Positions 59,311 through 64,000 of a stretch of DNA of 64,000 bases are shown here, in pieces. The stretch is from positions 141,236,001 through 141,300,000 of the forward strand of contig OZ038378.1 in the NCBI GenBank assembly GCA_964036045.1. The letters are read 5' to 3'. Positions within the stretch are counted from its first letter, which is position 1; each line of letters starts with the position of its first letter. The translations under genes were made by a program, and so were the position numbers. Source of the stretch: Eutreptiella sp. 'Long Island Sound 2002' (lineage: Eukaryota > Protista > Euglenida). Below the pieces are notes generated by a model. It was given only the letters and a program-made list of their open reading frames with translations, ran no database searches and had not been told where the DNA came from.

Positions 59311-62075
59311 GATACGGGGGACTGAGGCACACTGTGGTGTGCATCTTTTTCATTCCTATAAGAAGAACATGAAGCACTAAAACCTACCAGATGGCCAAAA
59401 AAAATGCCACAACCGTCCTCTCAGGTGTCAGAGGCTCTATGAAACATCGCACACGATCACAAAGGGGGGCATGTCATCGGATTGTTTAGCATTTGATTGA
59501 AGTTCAACGGGTGGAACAGAGGATGCAACCCGCAGTGGGCAAGCTGTGTTGCACGACACATGAACAGTATTGCACTGCTCCACATACCGTCATGAGCCCA
59601 ACTGCATCCTATGGACCATTTGGGCAGGCCTGCGAGACACCAAACCACCCAGAATTTCTGAAAGCGTTCCGCACGCCTGCATCACGCAACAGCTCACATC
59701 TCAGCAGTAGCTGAAGCAGCACGGACATGGGCCTGGTGGACACAGGCCACTCCGCACAAAAGGCTGACATGGACCGCACACACCAACCGTACACCTCCCT
59801 GCCCACTCCAGACCCGGATCACCTCCTGAAGAGGGGATTCACGCGATCCCGGAACGAGCAAAATATGCGGGAAATTGTGGAAATTGTAGTGCAGTCTGGG
59901 CTGTACACGCCACCAGCCACAGAAAATGGGAAACCCCCTTCAGGCACCAAATGCCCAAGATAGAAGCTAGGGTGAAGGGTGCATAACGAGGGCATGTTTA
60001 CCATTGATGTCCATAGCCCTATGTACAGAGGTCGAGGGGCTGGGGTGATGGGCCTGTCAGAGTTCAGGCACTCCCCCCCCCCCCGCCCCCGTTGGTGCCC
60101 CCCGCCCATGGAGTACGGCGGCACAAAGGGACAGAAAGATGCATAACGAGGGCCCAACACATTTTGTAGATGCGTGATCACCGTCATTGTTCACACCATC
60201 AAACAAAAATCGGTATCGGAATCTTCGACTGTTGACTTGTGAAAAATTGTTTGAGAGGTTTGTGCAGTCGTCCATTTGGAAACCCCCCCCAACCTCCCAG
60301 CACCTGATGCCCAAAATCAGGGTGAAAAATACATGAGGAGGGTATATTGTAAGGTCCCAGCAATTCTGGGCCGGCAAAAAAAAAAAGAACTGCTCACTCC
60401 CGGTCAGAAGGGGTAGAAGGTGTTGTCTGCTGAGTGCCTGTTCCTTGTCTACCAAAATCCTTGGCCTTCTTGTGCGAGCGAAGGACGGAAAGTATGGCAA
60501 ACCGCAGGAGCCCAACGGCCCCCGCCCAAGCCAGTAAAACACGGCGGGTGGCAAGTTGAAAAAACAGTGCTACAAATACACTAATGTTTGGAGCACACCA
60601 GGCAAGCGTTTGGAGACATGATGCACGCATACTTCGATGAAAATCCACCGATGCCATTGCGAAAAGATGTGCGCTGTTGTAAGTCTTCGTGTGTCACCCA
60701 CCAACATAACATTACGGCCAAGGACTTGGCCACAAAGATCACTTTTGCGCTTGACTGGGGTATCACTTTGGCGAAAACAAGCGGTTGCAACAAAGCGCCG
60801 GGTCCATTGCCAACGCAAAAAGGACCTCAGGGACGGGGTCAGGGTGCTACACACTTTCTTATTGTGGACCCTTAACAAAAAAGATGCCGATGCCTTTGCA
60901 TGCTGGTGCTTGCGGACTGAGGGAGATGGGGGCAGCCTTGGCAATTACCTGGAAATGGGAGAGGGGAACGTGGGACAAGACCCGCACCGTACTTCCGGTT
61001 CAACGCACTGAACTGTGTCTAGTGGAGGCATTTGGGGGGGGGGGGAGGGGGTCCTCCAGCGGTCCTGTTACGGGTTGTATGGTATTTTGTGACTTCCCGA
61101 GTTTGGACACTTTGGCTCGAAGACGTGATTCGCGGAGGAGGTCGAAGGCTGGAGTTCATTGTTGTGGCACGTGAGAGGCACTTGCATCTGCGGTATGAAA
61201 CGGGTGCTTTGGTGGTGGGTGCCCCGTTGTCACTGTGCTACACGTCTGTGGTGCTTTCTCGGCTGGTCCAGAGGCGTCCGGGTGACGCGGGGACCCGGCA
61301 ATGGGACACACGTTCACGCACTTAGCGTGCGCCTGTCCAGCCACCGGCAGAGCGACCCGGCGGTTGTTGGCGTGCCACCCCCTCGGCCCGGGACAACCCG
61401 GTGCGGCACGACGAGGCGCCGGTTAGCGGATTGGAAGGCAGCACACGCTGGAGGAACGGCTGGCCAACCAAGCGGGGGCCGGCGTGCTCCGGACCCAGCA
61501 GTGCCCACTCGCTCCGCGGGGGCAGGGGGCGGGGCCCCACTTGCAGTTCGCCCGTCGCAGGCCACGGAGGCAACGCGTTTCCTTTGGGAGGAAACCGAAG
61601 AACGCGACCTCTGGGGGACTGCGCAGTAGTAGAGATGGATATGGGGGATGGTCCCATGGTCATCCATGTGCAGAGATGGGGGTCATGGAAGGCAGCAATG
61701 AGGATCTGGAACAGAACTGGGGGGGGGGGGCTACCCATGGGGCGCATGCGACGCTCTGCTGCGCAGGGAGGCGCATGCACTGGGGCAGTGGCACCCCTGC
61801 GGCCGCCGGACAGCGCCTTCCCCCGGTCGTGGCGGCCTGTGTTGGATGGCCCCAGCGGTGGGCGGCTGTCCAAATGGACCGGGCCCAAACTGCGAGGAGG
61901 CCGGCCTCCAGCGACGGATACCAAACCCCCCCTTCTCGAAGGAAGGCGCTCCCCAGGCCCCATGAACACCGGTTCATGACCGCGGCGCCCCTGCCTACGC
62001 GTCCTGCGGGGGGTCTGGGGCATGCAGCTTCGGAAAAGCGTGGGGGCTGTGGTGGGTCGGACTGGGCTCCGACAC

Positions 62076-62546
62076 CTTCGCGGCGTCCTCCAGCAGCATC
62101 ATCGTCATGGCGTTGCAGCAGGTCTCGTTCGACGGCCCTGAGCTGGGCTCCTGGAAGCCGGACATCGTGCGGACGGGGATGTCTGCGATGCCCACGGCCA
62201 TCGCGGCGTCCCCGGCGCCCTCCGGCTGATCCACGTTGATGGACTGCCGCAGCTGCGACAGCGACAGCGACGGGGAGACCAGGGGCGGGATGGCGTCCTC
62301 GTCCCAGTCGGTGCTGGCGGGGGCGTACCGGGGGATGTCCACGCCGCCGTCGGGGGACGCGGCATTCTTGACCACGTGGATCACCAGGGAATTGTCCCGG
62401 GAACACTGTGAGTTCGTGCGGCAGACACTCTTCTGCGGCGTGCCCACGGGACTCAGTCGCGCGGACCTGAGCGGGCGTGACGTGTGGCACGGGGGGACGG
62501 AGGAGGCGGGGGGGGTGCCGGGGGGGGGGGGGGGGATGGCGGTCAT
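62076..62546 (-). CDS. First coding exon of an uncharacterised protein (MTAIPPPPPGTPP...MTMMLLEDAAK), 157 codons
   Basis: Very strong GC3 bias in this frame; pyrimidine-rich leader ending TTGCAAAAG shortly upstream of the ATG; donor GCGAAG|GTGTCG, phase 0. No recognisable domain. Confidence 0.75.
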
Positions 62547-62569
62547 GCGGCCTCCAGTCCTTTTGCAAT

Positions 62570-63110
62570 AAAATGCAGAAAACTTGCAGAAAATTGCGGG
62601 GAAACTGCAGGACACTTGAGGGAAATTGCGACGGCGTCAGCAACCCTCCGCGGGCGTCAGGGGACACCACTTCTGGACAGGGGACGAACGGTTGTCCTTT
62701 GCGGCGTACAACATGGCCCACTGGCATCACAATTGAAAGAGCCAACCCTCGACATGCGACTGCACAGGCGTCGTTCTTTCATGAGACGCAGGGTCTGCAC
62801 AACTACTCGAGACCAAATAATCCTCCTTCTCGCCAGAATGGCACACGCAAGATGGACAAACCAGAAGCAATTGCGGAAAAGTTGCAATAAATTGCAGAAA
62901 ATTGCGGAGAATTGCAGAGAGTTGCGGACCTCCACAGCCCTTTACCAGTGTACCCAATGTTCCCTCCCCCACCAGCTCGGTCCCAATATTCAGTCTTGAT
63001 TAGAGGGTTGTAAAGGGTCATCAGGGCTTCGGTCACTCGGTCGGTCGCATACGTACTTGAGATGCATTGCATTAATTCTTGATTTTTTGATTTTTGATTT
63101 TTGATCTTTA
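62570..63110 (+). repeat. AATTGC(A/G)GAA subrepeat element containing the 47-bp core at 62957-63003
   Basis: Repeated ttgcagaaaattgcgg motifs; the core differs from the family D cores by 1 nt. Confidence 0.7.
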
Positions 63111-64000
63111 TGTTCCCCCCCTCCCCCCCACCGAAGGCGAAGAGGGCAGCCAGTGGGCACTGGGCAATGCACATCTCGTCCCGCAAATCAGAAGATGCAG
63201 TGCAGAGCCTGCGGTGCGTCATGAAGGCCCGCCGCGAGGGGCCGGCCGCGCCGTGGGTTTGAAGGGAACCCGCCCGGTGCCCTTGAGCTGCGGGGCGGGG
63301 GATACCAGCTGCGCAGGAGTTGGGGTGCACAGGCTGGGCAGCAACAGCGGGGGCGGGTGCTGAGAACCACAGCCCAGAAGATGGGTTGGCCCTCGCACCC
63401 CCTCCCGAGGAGGCAAAGGCCCGCACCACTCACAGAGAAGCAGCTCCGAGCCCCCACCCCCCCATTCCAGGCAATCCTGGCGCAGTCGGTCTGGACTTGG
63501 CTGTTCCGCACTGTTCTGGGGCCCGGAAAGGGGGGCATCCCTCCACAGCTCATCCACAAAGCAGTGACAGTGGGTGCCTCGGCCTTGGGATCTGACATGG
63601 GGTGTTCCCGCCGGGGGGTTCGCATGTGTGTGTTGTACACTGCACCGCTGTACCGGCGTAGGGGGGGGGGATCAACGTGGCCGCATAACCCCCGCCGTCT
63701 GGGGTCCCCACGTCGGGGGAAGAGGTGGCCCAAAGCTCTCGGCCGAGTGGCGCTATCCCGGGCTCAGAGGGCCCGTTTGGGGGGGGGGGGGGGGTCCGTG
63801 GGTTGGCTGAGCCAGGATTGCCGGGCCCTTAACCCCTGCCCCCCTGGCAGAGACCTGGTTCGGTGCAGTGCCTGGGCAAGACGTCCTGCGGGAGGCGCTC
63901 TGCCGGCGCTGTTGTCCAGCCATCGCCCCCCGCCAACCCCCCCCGCCGCGCAACACACGCAGACACGCGTGTGCGCACGTACGCCTGCCCCTCCGCAGAA

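Noticed and set aside
61322-62745. Other long GC-rich ORFs overlapping the 62-kb exon
   Set aside because: Shadow frames of a GC-rich exon and intron; only the 62546-62076 frame shows GC3 bias with a start and donor.

Overview
Repeat-dense, intron-rich eukaryotic DNA with many G-tracts, GT-AG introns and TTAGGG-like hexamers. The style suggests a euglenid such as Eutreptiella or Euglena, but that is an unverified inference. Most ORFs in the supplied track are spurious. All supportable genes lie on the minus strand: (1) a long exon at 4671-6187 encoding two tandem copies of a glycosyltransferase-like (DUF7796-like) domain, the first apparently catalytically degenerate; (2) three in-frame exons (37177-36851, 30752-30670, 30545-29660) encoding the C-terminal part of a type I membrane protein, with a 6.1-kb repeat-filled intron and a putative GC-AG intron; (3) a signal-peptide exon (49170-49050) and two duplicated, phase 1-1 thrombospondin type 1 (TSR) exons, which may belong to the same ~19.5-kb adhesin gene as (2); (4) a GC3-rich first exon at 62546-62076. 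The largest structure is a 5.66-kb array of ~120 copies of a 47-bp unit (16561-22220) with a 1179-bp (25-mer) higher-order duplication. It is not a CRISPR array. The rest is a mosaic of dispersed repeat families and decayed retroelement or transposase fragments. These include a 47-bp core shared by several elements and followed by TTAGGG-like tracts, a 2.4-kb insertion flanked by 25-bp direct repeats, a tRNA-like SINE head, and a 522-bp duplication bounded by (TG)n. No rRNA, intact tRNA, CRISPR, intact transposase or Fanzor/TnpB-like ORF was recognised.
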